From a virus, in IMG/VR virus record IMGVR_UViG_3300027749_000055, positions 49,660 to 113,659 of that record: a stretch of 64,000 nt of DNA. One strand, given 5' to 3'. A model generated the notes under the pieces. The model had not been told where the DNA came from, searched no databases, and saw only the letters and a program-made list of their open reading frames with translations. A program made the position numbers and the translations under genes. This document shows positions 1 through 9,826 of the stretch, piece by piece; the first letter of the stretch is position 1; every line of letters starts with the position of its first letter.

Positions 1-666
1 GCTGGTGAGAATGATTTGAGTGACGTAAGCCCACACGCTCGTCGCTTGGGTGAGCGCAGCCTGCCCGTCCTTGCTAAATACCGCCCGTTTAATTGCGGTG
101 ACGGTCTGAGACAACGCCGAGGACACGTTTTGAACCCGTCGAACAGCCCTGACGGACGATACGGCTTGCGTCTCCGAAGCAGAACCAACCACTTTATGAA
201 CAACCGTTTTAGCACCCCTTGTGGCTTGTGATTCGGCATTGGCGGAACGACGAACCAGCGTTCTAGCCGCCGTGCCGACAGCCGATTCGGTTTGTGTTTC
301 AATGCCAACCTGCGTGTGAATGGTTGCACGATTGGAAACGGTTGCTTCCGCAAGTATTTCTGAGCCAAGGCGGATTTTGACGGTGTTGGTATTTCCCAAC
401 GCCGATTCCAAAAGTGGATTCGCCCCAGAACGACCCAGAGCGGTGTTTTTACCACCATTGACCGCTTCGGTTCCCGCCACAGAATTCGAGCGAACCAATA
501 CAAGTGTGCGTGTTCCAATTGCGCTTTGTAGCAAACTTGCTACGCCGACGACGTTGTAAGCGGTTCCCGAAAACGAGATTCCGTAATACAAGCCAGAGAA
601 GGGCGTGTTGCCTCCGCCGTTGTAGAGGGTGCTAAAAACTCCGTAGGTAGGTTTGGTTATGGGCAT
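1..666 (-). CDS. Putative tail-associated structural protein, 5' part (runs off window)
   Basis: Not in the ORF track. ATG at 666 (MPITKPTYGVF...), frame checked open to position 1; Ala/Thr/Ser/Val-rich; follows tail genes. Confidence 0.6.
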   Translation of the reverse strand, partial: MPITKPTYGVFSTLYNGGGNTPFSGLYYGISFSGTAYNVVGVASLLQSAIGTRTLVLVRSNSVAGTEAVNGGKNTALGRSGANPLLESALGNTNTVKIRLGSEILAEATVSNRATIHTQVGIETQTESAVGTAARTLVRRSANAESQATRGAKTVVHKVVGSASETQAVSSVRAVRRVQNVSSALSQTVTAIKRAVFSKDGQAALTQATSVWAYVTQIILTS

Positions 667-681
667 AGCCCGTCACCAGCC

Positions 682-1338
682 TTAGTTGCTCATCAACCAA
701 GTAGGCGTGAAGTTCAACGAGTCGTTGGGGGTCAAAACGGGGCTAGAAGCGTCCGCAAAGTTGGCTGCGTAGAGGGCGGTTCCACCCGACAAAGCCGTGG
801 CAATAAAGAAGCCGTTAGCCGCAGTCCACGTTCCCTGAGCCGAGAAGACCGAGTTCGAGGCAGGAACGGACTTCATACCCGTCACAGCGTCACCAAACGT
901 CACCGTTGCGCCGTTGGATTGGTTCGAGGCAAGGGGCGACGAGAGAACGACTTGGTTTCCGACAATGGCGGTCACGACCTTGACGGACTCCGTGCCGACC
1001 ACAATGCTCATACCGACGGTCAGCGTTTTACTACTTGGGGCAACGCTGGTAAGGGTCACAACTTGAACGCCAGCGAGGACTGCGCCGTTGAGGGTCGTAG
1101 TTCCAAAAGGCGTGGTGTAAGAGGTGGCGACAGCGGGGGTTCCGTAAGTAACAGTCTGACGAGCGTAGTTCTGACCCGAAACCTCAACAATCGCAGGGGA
1201 ACCGCCCGCCGCTGGAACTGTCGTGCCAGAAAGACTCGTAAACAAACCAACATACAACTGCGAGTAGGTCACAGGGGAAGCCGTGATGACCTGATTGAAC
1301 AGGACTGTAAGACCGCTATTGAGGAAAACCTGTGCCAC
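682..1338 (-). CDS. Putative virion/tail-associated structural protein
   Basis: 218 aa; LYVGLFT...EVSGQNYARQ...TWTAANGFFI pattern typical of phage tail-fibre-associated proteins; late promoter motif upstream. Confidence 0.65.
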   Translation of the reverse strand: MAQVFLNSGLTVLFNQVITASPVTYSQLYVGLFTSLSGTTVPAAGGSPAIVEVSGQNYARQTVTYGTPAVATSYTTPFGTTTLNGAVLAGVQVVTLTSVAPSSKTLTVGMSIVVGTESVKVVTAIVGNQVVLSSPLASNQSNGATVTFGDAVTGMKSVPASNSVFSAQGTWTAANGFFIATALSGGTALYAANFADASSPVLTPNDSLNFTPTWLMSN

Positions 1339-1369
1339 GCATACTCCTAGGGGACGTTATTCTCCCCCT

Positions 1370-1393
1370 AGTCTGCCACAAAGTTTGGAAAAA
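1370..1393 (-). promoter_or_regulatory. Late promoter-like motif TTTCCAAA-N8-(C/T)ANNNT
   Basis: Minus strand reads TTTTTCCAAA ctttgtgg CAGACT; same arrangement at 12436, 25467, 30006. Confidence 0.5.
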
Positions 1394-1394
1394 C

Positions 1395-1646
1395 CTACTG
1401 TGCGGGCGGGGTGGCTGGCTCAGGCAAAGCGGCAAGTTCTTCGATGTGAACCTGCAGGGCCTGGTCGAGGTTGGCAATCGAAGCCGTGGCATAATCAACG
1501 GCATTGGTATCGCCCGTGAGTTCGGCAACCTTCAGGTTCAGGCTGTGCTGGTAAGCCTCAGCCGCAAATTGCTGAATTCGCTGGGTCAGAAGTTCACGCT
1601 TCTGGTCGTCGGTAAGAAGTGCTGAGTAATCCATAGATTTCATCAT
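1395..1646 (-). CDS. Hypothetical helical protein
   Basis: 83 aa ORF co-oriented in the tail region. Confidence 0.6.
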   Translation of the reverse strand: MMKSMDYSALLTDDQKRELLTQRIQQFAAEAYQHSLNLKVAELTGDTNAVDYATASIANLDQALQVHIEELAALPEPATPPAQ

Positions 1647-1723
1647 AGCGCACTATTCGCTTGGATAAGGGAACTTTTGCCAAGCCATAAAGCGTTGTGA
1701 GTGGGGGTAAATACGCTAATCAT
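1643..1723 (-). pseudogene. Possible GT2 glycosyltransferase N-terminal remnant
   Basis: 26 aa MISVFTPTHNALWL... resembles the first strand of GT2 enzymes, then stops. Confidence 0.3.
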
Positions 1724-1744
1724 TTGATTAGCCTAAATTATCCT

Positions 1745-4700
1745 TTATTGAAGGCCCAGAACGGTGAACGTAAAATAGTTGTAGGTGGGGGCGGTTGTTG
1801 GTGAACCGCTGTATTCCGTTTGAAAACTTAACGTAGTTGAACCGCTGGTGCTAATGGTAATAGGCCAAGTAACGGAGTGAGAATTAAGCGAAGTAGATGT
1901 TGATGATGCTTGCCCAAGCGTATAAAAAGTAGTTGCTCCGGCGGTTATGGTTCCGGTGCTTAATGCAACTTGTCCCAACATACGAACCGAAGTGTTGGCG
2001 GCAACGGTTTGAGTCATACTGAATGAAACCAAATACTGGGTAAAACCCGACACAGTTACACTGTTTTGCGTTACAAATGATGAGGTTTGTTGAACAGCAA
2101 TGTTGTTGTAACTAAACCAATAGTTGTTAGGAATACCAGCACCAAGGTTGGTCAAAGCACCTGTTGCGGTTGTTGCGCCAGTACCACCGTTGGCAACGGG
2201 TACGGCACTTCCGTTCCAAGTTCCTGAAGTAATAGTTCCAACGGTGGTGATTGAAGATGAACCGGCGAGGGGCGACAATGTTGCTTCAGCGGCTAACGCC
2301 CGTGTTTTTTCTACACCAACGGCAGAATCGGCGTAAGCGGTAGTTGCAAGTTGGGTCGAGTTGGTAAGCGCAGTAGCGGTGGGAGCGGTAGGGGTTCCCG
2401 TTAAAACAGGAGAAGCAAGTGGGGCTTTAAACGTTAAATCAGTTGATGTAGCAAGCGTTGCCGACGAAGGGATTGTCGTGCCGTTTACCGAAGTTACATT
2501 TGGAAGCGACACGGTTGCGCTGGTAATAAGCGTTGCCGAGGCGGGAATAGACGTTCCGTTTACCGTCGTCAGGCTGGGCAACGAGGTGGTGGCGGTTGTT
2601 ACCAAGGTAGATGAAGCGGGAATCGTGGTTCCATTGACGCTGGTAACGCTCGGTAATGAAGTTACATTGGAAGCCATTGCGCCGAGGTTGGTGAGCGCAC
2701 CAGAAGCGGTGGTTGAGCCGGTTCCACCCGCTAAAACAGGGAGGGTTCCAGCCGTAAGTGCTGATGAGGAAGTTGAATAAATAGCGTTATTTGCTGCCGT
2801 AAAATTAGTTAAGTTTGTTCCGCCATTAGCGGTGGGTAAAACACCCGTTACGCCAGAAGTAAGGGGCAAATCCGTTGCGTTTGTCAGGGTTCCCGATAAG
2901 GGTGTTCCTAGCGCACCACCCGAAACCACAAGGGTTGCTGACAACGGAATCGTCGTTCCATTCACCGAGGTAACGCTCGGCAAGGAAGTTGTCGCAGAGG
3001 TAATCAGCGTGGCACTAGCAGGGATACTGGTTCCATTAACCGTCGTGAGGCTAGGTAGCGAGGTTGTTGCCGTCGTTACCAAAGTTGCTGATGAGGGAAT
3101 GGTAGTTCCGTTGATAGACGTGGCAGTAGCGACACCCAATGACGGCGTAGTGAAAGACGGACTTACTAGCGGGGCTTTGGCAGCAAGGTCGGTGGTGAGG
3201 TTAGTTACTTGTGATTCCGTAACAACAAGGCTGGGAAGGCTTGTAGTTGCTGAAGTGGCAAGCGTCGCTGACGAGGGAATGGTCGTGCCGTTGATGGTAG
3301 TGGCGGTGGCAACTCCAAGCGAAGGGGTGGTAAAACTTGGACTGACCAACGGGGCGTATGAAGCCAATTGACCGTAAGCAACTGCGTCGCTAGAGGCAGT
3401 GCCGTTAGCCAGACCCGTAATCTTGTTGCTGTAGGCGTTGATTACCCAAGTAGGCGCACCAGCCGAGCCTGTGTTGGAAACACCGAACAAAGCCGTTCCT
3501 GCGGTATCCTGAACTTGTAAAACATCGGCGGTTTGACCCGTCGTTGTGGCGGTTCCCGTCGAAGTCGCACCCGTGGTTGCGCTGGTAATCGTGAACAAAA
3601 TACCTGTAGCCGTGGCGATTGTGTAGGTTCCGTTGTAATTGGTTGTTCCCGTGATTACAACGGTCTGACCAACCGAGAAGTAGTGGTTGGCGGTGACGGT
3701 AATGGTCGTTCCGTTTCCAACAATCGCCGTAATTGAGGCGGTGTTTTGAACCGCTCGAACCACAAATGAAGTTGAACCACCACCCATAATCCAGCGTCCT
3801 GATGTATCGGCTCGCAGTAGGGTGTTGGTTGGGGCGGAGCGCAGTGAAATCAAGTCACCCGTGTTTACACCGTTTTGATAAATAGCAAGTCCGGGCAAGT
3901 TTGAGCCTGCATAGTTTGGGAGAGTAAGTACCCCCAACTGGTTCGCACCTGCAACTCGTATGTAAGGGCCTGTGTGATATAAGGCTTCGCTGAGGGTGGT
4001 TGTGCCATTATACTTAGTACCAGTTTGTAAAACTGTTGTTCCAATTGCGTCTTTCACCACCAACCCATAGGTGGTATTTGTGTATGCGGTTGCGGTTCCG
4101 CCCGATGTGTAAGTTCCAGTTGCGGTTGAGGCGATGGTGAAACTCGTTGAGGAAACTGCCGTAATAGCCGCACCTGAACCCCCAACGTTAAACGCACCCG
4201 TTGGTACTGAAACCACACCCGTAACAGTGACATACTGACCAACGCTAAATGAGTTGTTTGCGGTAAACGTCACCGAACCGGCAGAGGGCGAACCTGCTGC
4301 CACACCTGTAATGGTTGCGGTAGCACCTTGTTGTTGAATCGTCATTGTTGAGTTGGCGGTTGTAGTTCCCGAAGCGGTAGTGATACCGCCTAGCGTGACG
4401 GTGTTGTTGAAGGTATTAGCACCTGAAAAGGAATTTGTGCGAGACAAATATGGTTTATTGGCGTCGGCTACTACTGGCTCCCACGATGTAGACGCCGAAT
4501 TGTAAACCACCACAAGCGTTTGATACTGCGTTGAGGAAGCGGCGGCGGCAGAGGTGGTGGAACCACGAATCGTGTCCGAGCCACTAGGCGCAAGAGTGGT
4601 TGTTCCTGTTCCTATATTGACAACGCCTACCTGAGTACCGTTAGCAGGGGCGGCAGGCAGTGTGACCGTTGTGTTTCCACTACCGTTCATCACGACAAAA

Positions 4701-5410
4701 TCGCCAGCAACGGCGTTGGCGGAGGCGGTCTGAACGGTTGGTGTTAGGGAGCGACCAATCCATTGTCCGTAAGCCACAGCGTCCGAAGCCGACGTGCCGT
4801 TAGCCAGGCCCGTAATCTTCTGCGAGTTGAGGGTGATAAGTCCAGCCGAGGAAATCGCAACGAGGTTTGTTCCCGCCGAGTTTTGGATATCTACCAAGTC
4901 GCCCGTTTGTGAAGCAAGACCCTTGACGATTAGACCTACTGCAGAAGTCGAGGACGGGTTCAGGGTTGGCGAGAGAAGCGGGGCATACGTCGTTGGAATT
5001 GTGGAAATTACACTCCACAAAGCAGAAAAGTCGGTTCCGCCGATAAAGGGGAAGCAGTTGAGGTTTGCCGACGAGCCAGCCGAGTGAGCGGATTTTGGCG
5101 TTCCGTCCCAACCTCGCCCGTTATTGGTTCCGTCTGTCCAAATCGTGACTACGCCCGTGGAGACGTTTACCGCTGAACAAAGTATGTGTTCTTCCGCTGC
5201 CGTGCCAAAATCCACAACTACGGTGAAAACTCCCGACGTTCCAAGGGGATTGGAAGTGCGCTGACCGTTGATTCCCGTTTCATACCACGTCGAAGCGTCC
5301 GCAATCGTGAAAGTCGTCTCGACATAAGTGCTAGAAAGCGTTGTGGTCGGGTATGAGGGATTGGCTGAACCTGCGACAGAGCGAAGTGCGGTAGCCAAGG
5401 GGTATGCCAT
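1745..5410 (-). CDS. Tail fibre / receptor-binding protein with internal repeats
   Basis: 1221 aa Thr/Ser/Gly/Ala-rich; repeats TTSLPS(V/L)TxVNGT(T/S)IP, ITGLANGTxxSDAVAYGQ x2, LPVxNGGTG, PTAPTA motifs. Confidence 0.85.
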   Translation of the reverse strand: MAYPLATALRSVAGSANPSYPTTTLSSTYVETTFTIADASTWYETGINGQRTSNPLGTSGVFTVVVDFGTAAEEHILCSAVNVSTGVVTIWTDGTNNGRGWDGTPKSAHSAGSSANLNCFPFIGGTDFSALWSVISTIPTTYAPLLSPTLNPSSTSAVGLIVKGLASQTGDLVDIQNSAGTNLVAISSAGLITLNSQKITGLANGTSASDAVAYGQWIGRSLTPTVQTASANAVAGDFVVMNGSGNTTVTLPAAPANGTQVGVVNIGTGTTTLAPSGSDTIRGSTTSAAAASSTQYQTLVVVYNSASTSWEPVVADANKPYLSRTNSFSGANTFNNTVTLGGITTASGTTTANSTMTIQQQGATATITGVAAGSPSAGSVTFTANNSFSVGQYVTVTGVVSVPTGAFNVGGSGAAITAVSSTSFTIASTATGTYTSGGTATAYTNTTYGLVVKDAIGTTVLQTGTKYNGTTTLSEALYHTGPYIRVAGANQLGVLTLPNYAGSNLPGLAIYQNGVNTGDLISLRSAPTNTLLRADTSGRWIMGGGSTSFVVRAVQNTASITAIVGNGTTITVTANHYFSVGQTVVITGTTNYNGTYTIATATGILFTITSATTGATSTGTATTTGQTADVLQVQDTAGTALFGVSNTGSAGAPTWVINAYSNKITGLANGTASSDAVAYGQLASYAPLVSPSFTTPSLGVATATTINGTTIPSSATLATSATTSLPSLVVTESQVTNLTTDLAAKAPLVSPSFTTPSLGVATATSINGTTIPSSATLVTTATTSLPSLTTVNGTSIPASATLITSATTSLPSVTSVNGTTIPLSATLVVSGGALGTPLSGTLTNATDLPLTSGVTGVLPTANGGTNLTNFTAANNAIYSTSSSALTAGTLPVLAGGTGSTTASGALTNLGAMASNVTSLPSVTSVNGTTIPASSTLVTTATTSLPSLTTVNGTSIPASATLITSATVSLPNVTSVNGTTIPSSATLATSTDLTFKAPLASPVLTGTPTAPTATALTNSTQLATTAYADSAVGVEKTRALAAEATLSPLAGSSSITTVGTITSGTWNGSAVPVANGGTGATTATGALTNLGAGIPNNYWFSYNNIAVQQTSSFVTQNSVTVSGFTQYLVSFSMTQTVAANTSVRMLGQVALSTGTITAGATTFYTLGQASSTSTSLNSHSVTWPITISTSGSTTLSFQTEYSGSPTTAPTYNYFTFTVLGLQ

Positions 5411-5414
5411 AGCG

Positions 5415-6542
5415 TTATTCTACGCTGACGATTTTTATTTTACCCTTGTATTCGTGGGAATAAGAAAGCCGTGGGCTTGGTTGCCAATTGGAAAACTTGG
5501 CCACTCGGTTTTCCCTATGCATTGTATCCGTCCGTTTGACGTGGTTTTTTGACGTAGCCCGCCAGAATGGAGAAGCGTCTCGATATGCACCCATACGGGG
5601 GTGAGTTGTTTTGGCAAAGTAGCGGTAGCCGGAGGCAGTGAAATATTCCCCCAGCCAATCCGAAAGTCGCACCCCCAGCCCTAAACCTTGAAAATCGGGC
5701 AGAGTAACAACCCTGTGCCCCCGCCAAGCGTTTTTTAGGGTTCCGCTGGGAAGAGTGATTGCTGAGGCGAAGGCGGCTGGTCGTCCGTCAATAACGGCGA
5801 CAAAGCATTTGGAAGCAATTGAAATATCTCCCGTGAGGTAGTGGTGTTCCAAGAAATGCGACCACAAGCCTCGGCTGACTTCATATACGTCTGCCACCAA
5901 TTTTGGTTGTTGAAGACACTCCTTAGGACGAATGGCATACATACCGGAATCGGTATCCACAACCCAATCGGGCTGTAGCCAAGGTAAAACGTCACGGTGG
6001 CAGGTGGCAAAGACCACGCCCGTAATTCTATTTTTCCGAATGAACCCGCTAATTGAGCGTGATGTAGCCATAGCCACGGTTCTGTCTACGACGGAGGTGA
6101 ACTCGTCAATTGCCGCTTCATTTTCCAATTGTCGAGCAAGGTCGGCTCGGAATTTCTCCCCCACAGACAAAACGTCGTAGGGCTTCAGCCACGTCGGAAC
6201 GGAAGACAAGCCCACGGCGTAGAACTTCTCGGCGGCTTCGTCCGCAGTGGAAAAATGGTCGGCAATCGTCTTGTCGGACGACCACTCGACGAGCGTGGAA
6301 GAAAAGTTTTCTTTCAGAAGAGTGGATTTGCCCGTTCCTGAGCCACCGACGATTACGCCGACGTTCCACCCCTCAGGTAGTTCTGGGAGTATCCACGGGT
6401 CGAAATTAGCCCTTTTGTCGGGGTCGTAGTCAAATCGGCTGACCAACTCCCTAGCGACGCCCTGAGGGGCTACAGGGGTCGTCAGAGGGGTTCCTAGACG
6501 CTCTAGTGGTGTCCAAGCGTCTTCGAAGGCGAGAGAACTCAT
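5415..6542 (-). CDS. ABC-type ATPase fused to GNAT acetyltransferase (candidate DNA modification)
   Basis: Walker A GGSGTGKST, LSVGEKFRA signature, IDEFTS Walker B, ATCH; C-terminal RVVTLPDFQGLGLG acetyl-CoA motif. Confidence 0.8.
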   Translation of the reverse strand: MSSLAFEDAWTPLERLGTPLTTPVAPQGVARELVSRFDYDPDKRANFDPWILPELPEGWNVGVIVGGSGTGKSTLLKENFSSTLVEWSSDKTIADHFSTADEAAEKFYAVGLSSVPTWLKPYDVLSVGEKFRADLARQLENEAAIDEFTSVVDRTVAMATSRSISGFIRKNRITGVVFATCHRDVLPWLQPDWVVDTDSGMYAIRPKECLQQPKLVADVYEVSRGLWSHFLEHHYLTGDISIASKCFVAVIDGRPAAFASAITLPSGTLKNAWRGHRVVTLPDFQGLGLGVRLSDWLGEYFTASGYRYFAKTTHPRMGAYRDASPFWRATSKNHVKRTDTMHRENRVAKFSNWQPSPRLSYSHEYKGKIKIVSVE

Positions 6543-7123
6543 TTGCAGGCGCAGTTGTCACTGCAACAAGCGGTTTTTGCTTGCTCGGAATCCCACAGAA
6601 CCTTGGTGATGACAATTTGGTTCGCCAAGTCAAGGAGGCTGTCCGTGACGTTTTCGTGGTTCATTTTTTTTCCACCAAAGAAGTTGGTCAAGCGTTGCAC
6701 TTTCTCCAAAGCACGAACAAAGCACGACTTCCAAGCCGGAACACCAATGGCTTCGGCAGCGACGTAGTTGGCATACGGGTCTGCGCCCGTGCCGTAGTCG
6801 TTGGACTTGGAAATATGAATAGTTAGCATTTCTGCTAACACCGCACGGAATCGAGGGTCGCCACCTTCGGGGAACTCTGGCTTGGTGTAGGGCGTTCCGT
6901 CGGGGTTCACACGACGACGACCCGAACCGGCTCGCACGACCTTGGGCGGAAGGCTAGTGAAATAGAACGTTCCGTTGCTGGTTTCGCTGGTATTGCCACC
7001 CGCAACGGTAACTTTGGCGAAGGGGGTGTGCAACTGCTTTTCCTGAATCTTGCGTTCTTCTTCACGCAAAAACCTGTTTACCCGCTTGGTGTAAGCGGGG
7101 CTGGTCAGTGATTCTTCGGTCAT
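6539..7123 (-). CDS. Nucleotide-modification-associated domain protein (DUF1599-like)
   Basis: IHISKSNDYG...DPYANY...EKVQRL...ENVTDSLLDLAN. Confidence 0.65.
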   Translation of the reverse strand: MTEESLTSPAYTKRVNRFLREEERKIQEKQLHTPFAKVTVAGGNTSETSNGTFYFTSLPPKVVRAGSGRRRVNPDGTPYTKPEFPEGGDPRFRAVLAEMLTIHISKSNDYGTGADPYANYVAAEAIGVPAWKSCFVRALEKVQRLTNFFGGKKMNHENVTDSLLDLANQIVITKVLWDSEQAKTACCSDNCACK

Positions 7124-7599
7124 TCCGACTCCCTTCTTTCCAATTCAACAAGCGTGTGAATCTCGCTTGTCAATTTTTTGACGGCTCGAACTTCCCTTTG
7201 CAGTTCTTTGATTAGTTCACCGCTAGTCTTCGAGATGGTTAAGTGAGATAAGGCTTGCTCTGCGGCTACAGCGTCCGCTCGCTTCGCAGCGATAAGAAGG
7301 ATTGCGCCCTGCAGACCCGCCAGCATAGACAAAAAAAGGTTGAGCAAGATGTATGGGTAAACGTCCCACGCACTGTGGCGCAGGATAAGTGAGTTTGTAG
7401 TTGCCCACAAAACCATAAACAGTAAGAATGAAGCAACAAACCCCCACGAACCCATACGGTTGCGAACTGCGTCAGCGGCTTTTTCACCACGGGTCAGTTC
7501 TGCGCCCGTGCGGACGCCTGGGAGGTGTGTCCAAGGGTTGCTGGGGTCGAACCACGCCTCGGTTTCTATCCCGTCAGTCCACGCTTGAACTTCTGCCAT
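7120..7599 (-). CDS. DUF1003-family membrane protein
   Basis: GEKAADAV...GSWGFV...WDVYPYILLNLFLSMLAGLQGAILLIA. Confidence 0.8.
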   Translation of the reverse strand: MAEVQAWTDGIETEAWFDPSNPWTHLPGVRTGAELTRGEKAADAVRNRMGSWGFVASFLLFMVLWATTNSLILRHSAWDVYPYILLNLFLSMLAGLQGAILLIAAKRADAVAAEQALSHLTISKTSGELIKELQREVRAVKKLTSEIHTLVELERRESE

Positions 7600-7940
7600 T
7601 ATGCCAAGACCTCAGCACGGGTCACGATTTTGATGTTGTTGAGTTGTTCTAACACTTCGGGACGGTATTGGTGGTAGGCATACACGGGCTTGCGGAGAAG
7701 TGTGGCGACCAAAATCTCACTTTTGGCAATGTCGTCTCGACCCCACGCCGGTAAAACAATTACAGCGTCAGCGTCCAAAAGGGCGTTCATACGTTGAGTG
7801 TTGCTCGACAAATACTCCATTGGATTTTGAAGGTTGCAATTTTTCCGTAAAAGTGTGCCGTAAGCCTCGTCAAATGAAGCAATGTTGTTGTTGGGCAGTC
7901 CAGCCGTCGGGCCGGTCAGGTAGTAACGAATGTCGCTCAC
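7599..7940 (-). CDS. DUF4406 / nucleoside 2-deoxyribosyltransferase-like protein
   Basis: YYLTGPTAGLPNNN...LLDADAVIVLPAW...AKSE. Confidence 0.7.
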   Translation of the reverse strand: MSDIRYYLTGPTAGLPNNNIASFDEAYGTLLRKNCNLQNPMEYLSSNTQRMNALLDADAVIVLPAWGRDDIAKSEILVATLLRKPVYAYHQYRPEVLEQLNNIKIVTRAEVLA

Positions 7941-9163
7941 AGAACTTCCAAATCTCCCCAGCCACGAACCCCGTAGTCCAAGCCGATACCAATGGTAATC
8001 ATTCCCGCAGGGCTAGTTTGCCCCGTGTTCGAGGTAAACCAATTCGAGCCACCGTCCATTGCCGGACTTTGAAAAATGGTACGTCCGGTTGCTTCCGAGC
8101 AAATGAAATGGTGCAAATGCCCGCTAAAAAGAATGGCGCACTGTGATACGGGTGTGCGACCCATAACCTGACCCGTCAGCCAATTTTCCAACTTGGTCTG
8201 CGACTTGCCCGACTTGGCGCATTGGTGTCCGTGAATAAACGATACGGGAACTCCGGCGATTTCTACCGTGGCAGAAAGGTCGTCGCTATTGAGAATCTCG
8301 TCAAAATCAGGGACGTGGACGTTGGCATATCGTTCGGGGTTGCCAAGGCAGATTTCACCGACTTGCTCGAAGACAGCCAAATCGTCGTTGTCGAGCCACG
8401 TTGTAAATGCTCGTCCTGACGCATTGCGGTTCTCTCCGTGATTGCCAGGCACAGCCAAAAGCACAATTGGAATGTCAAACTTGTCCACCAGAAGGTCAAT
8501 CAACTTCAGAATCAAACGGCGAGCAAGGCGCATTTGCGAACGCCTATCCAAATCGGTATTGGCGGTCTGCATTGCGTAGTGTCCCGCACATTGTTCGATA
8601 AGGTCGCCCAAACCCGCTATATAAATAGCACTAGGGGCTTGACCCTTCTTGACAAGTTCGGTAAGGCGGTGGACAATTTTGTCGTAGGCAAGAAGAATTC
8701 GCTCGGTTGTGCCTTTCGAACCGCCCCCCTCATTTTTGCCCAACTGCCAATCGCTCAAAACGTAAAGGAAGGCTCGGTTGCCGGTTCCGGCGGGGAGGGT
8801 CTTCTTGGGGGTCTTGTGCTTCGCTACAAGGGCGCAGAGAGCCTCAATGTCCTCTCGGTCATCTCCCGCCTCCCGACGCTTAATTGACGCTCGGTAGTAG
8901 CGCATACGGCGGATTTCACCACCGCCGACGTTGGTATCCCAGCCCCGAATGTGAACGCTTCCGTCCACGATTTCCGTAAACTTTGGGTCTAATCCCCAAT
9001 CCTGAATAACGTCAGCCCAAATGCTTTCGTCGGGTTCTTGGTCGAGAAGGGGGGTGTCTATGTATCCCTCTTTGCCGTTCCACTTGATTGAGGGTTCGGT
9101 TCCCTTGTGAATGGTTGGCACACGCTTCTTGGGCAAAGAGGCTTCTACGTCTCGCAGGCTCAT
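7937..9163 (-). CDS. Metallophosphoesterase (Mre11/SbcD-like nuclease)
   Basis: SDWQLG, GLGDLIE, PGNHGE, IHGH, SGHLHH motifs. Confidence 0.8.
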   Translation of the reverse strand: MSLRDVEASLPKKRVPTIHKGTEPSIKWNGKEGYIDTPLLDQEPDESIWADVIQDWGLDPKFTEIVDGSVHIRGWDTNVGGGEIRRMRYYRASIKRREAGDDREDIEALCALVAKHKTPKKTLPAGTGNRAFLYVLSDWQLGKNEGGGSKGTTERILLAYDKIVHRLTELVKKGQAPSAIYIAGLGDLIEQCAGHYAMQTANTDLDRRSQMRLARRLILKLIDLLVDKFDIPIVLLAVPGNHGENRNASGRAFTTWLDNDDLAVFEQVGEICLGNPERYANVHVPDFDEILNSDDLSATVEIAGVPVSFIHGHQCAKSGKSQTKLENWLTGQVMGRTPVSQCAILFSGHLHHFICSEATGRTIFQSPAMDGGSNWFTSNTGQTSPAGMITIGIGLDYGVRGWGDLEVL

Positions 9164-9414
9164 TGGTAAACCCCTCGCTGAACGGTTTTCTCAGGGCAGT
9201 GGCATACACCGTCGAGGTGACGCTTTAGCGTCTTTTCGTTGATGGAAAGACCACCCGCCTTGACGACACGGGAAATCCAACCTGCGGGCTTTTTTTCACT
9301 AACCCACTCGTCAAATACCGACTTATCGTCTTTGTCTAGACCTTGGTAAAAAGAGACGAACTTGCAGTGTGCAGAAGCCTGTTCCAAATGCTGTTGCGCT
9401 TGCCGTAATGACAT
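9160..9414 (-). CDS. Hypothetical small protein (HTH-like, Cys/His)
   Basis: 84 aa, coupled to the phosphoesterase gene. Confidence 0.6.
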   Translation of the reverse strand: MSLRQAQQHLEQASAHCKFVSFYQGLDKDDKSVFDEWVSEKKPAGWISRVVKAGGLSINEKTLKRHLDGVCHCPEKTVQRGVYQ

Positions 9415-9454
9415 ACTGCAAGAATACAGCGTCCTCTGCGGAAATCAAGTCTTC

Positions 9455-9745
9455 TTACTTGTCCGTGGACGGTGCAGCCTTCTTTGCGGCGGTTGCCTTC
9501 TTAGCCGGTGACTTTTTTGCCACGGGCTTCTCGTCTGCTTCCAAAACAGGCTCGGCAGGAACCTCGACGGCGGGTTTGCTCAACTTGGCAATCTCTTCGG
9601 GGGTAAGGCGGACGACAAAGCCCTTTTCTTCGACATACTTTTTGCCGTAAACAGTCCAAGATTCGTCCGACATAAGAGTTCCTACAGGAACCCACTCGTC
9701 GTTCTCCTTGAACGTGTGAACTACTCGGTGGGTGAAATTGGTCAT
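9455..9745 (-). CDS. Hypothetical protein with Lys/Ala-rich tail
   Basis: Start set to MTNFTH; lies downstream of the capsid gene. Confidence 0.65.
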   Translation of the reverse strand: MTNFTHRVVHTFKENDEWVPVGTLMSDESWTVYGKKYVEEKGFVVRLTPEEIAKLSKPAVEVPAEPVLEADEKPVAKKSPAKKATAAKKAAPSTDK

Positions 9746-9768
9746 AGTGAAATAATACACCCCCATAG

Positions 9769-9800
9769 CAAAACCCCCCCACCCTAAGGTGAGGGGGTTT
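9769..9800 (-). terminator. Intrinsic terminator after major capsid gene
   Basis: GC-rich stem aaacccccccacc/ggtgagggggttt with U tract on the minus strand. Confidence 0.65.
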
Positions 9801-9826
9801 CACTGAGAAACCGAGGGGTTTACTTC

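Noticed and set aside
1745-5410. Diversity-generating retroelement acting on the tail fibre
   Set aside because: No reverse transcriptase or adenine-variant template repeat in the window; the repeats are ordinary in-frame fibre repeats
6913-6940. VVRAGSGRRR in the DUF1599-like protein as another tag
   Set aside because: Lacks KGG; probably a chance resemblance
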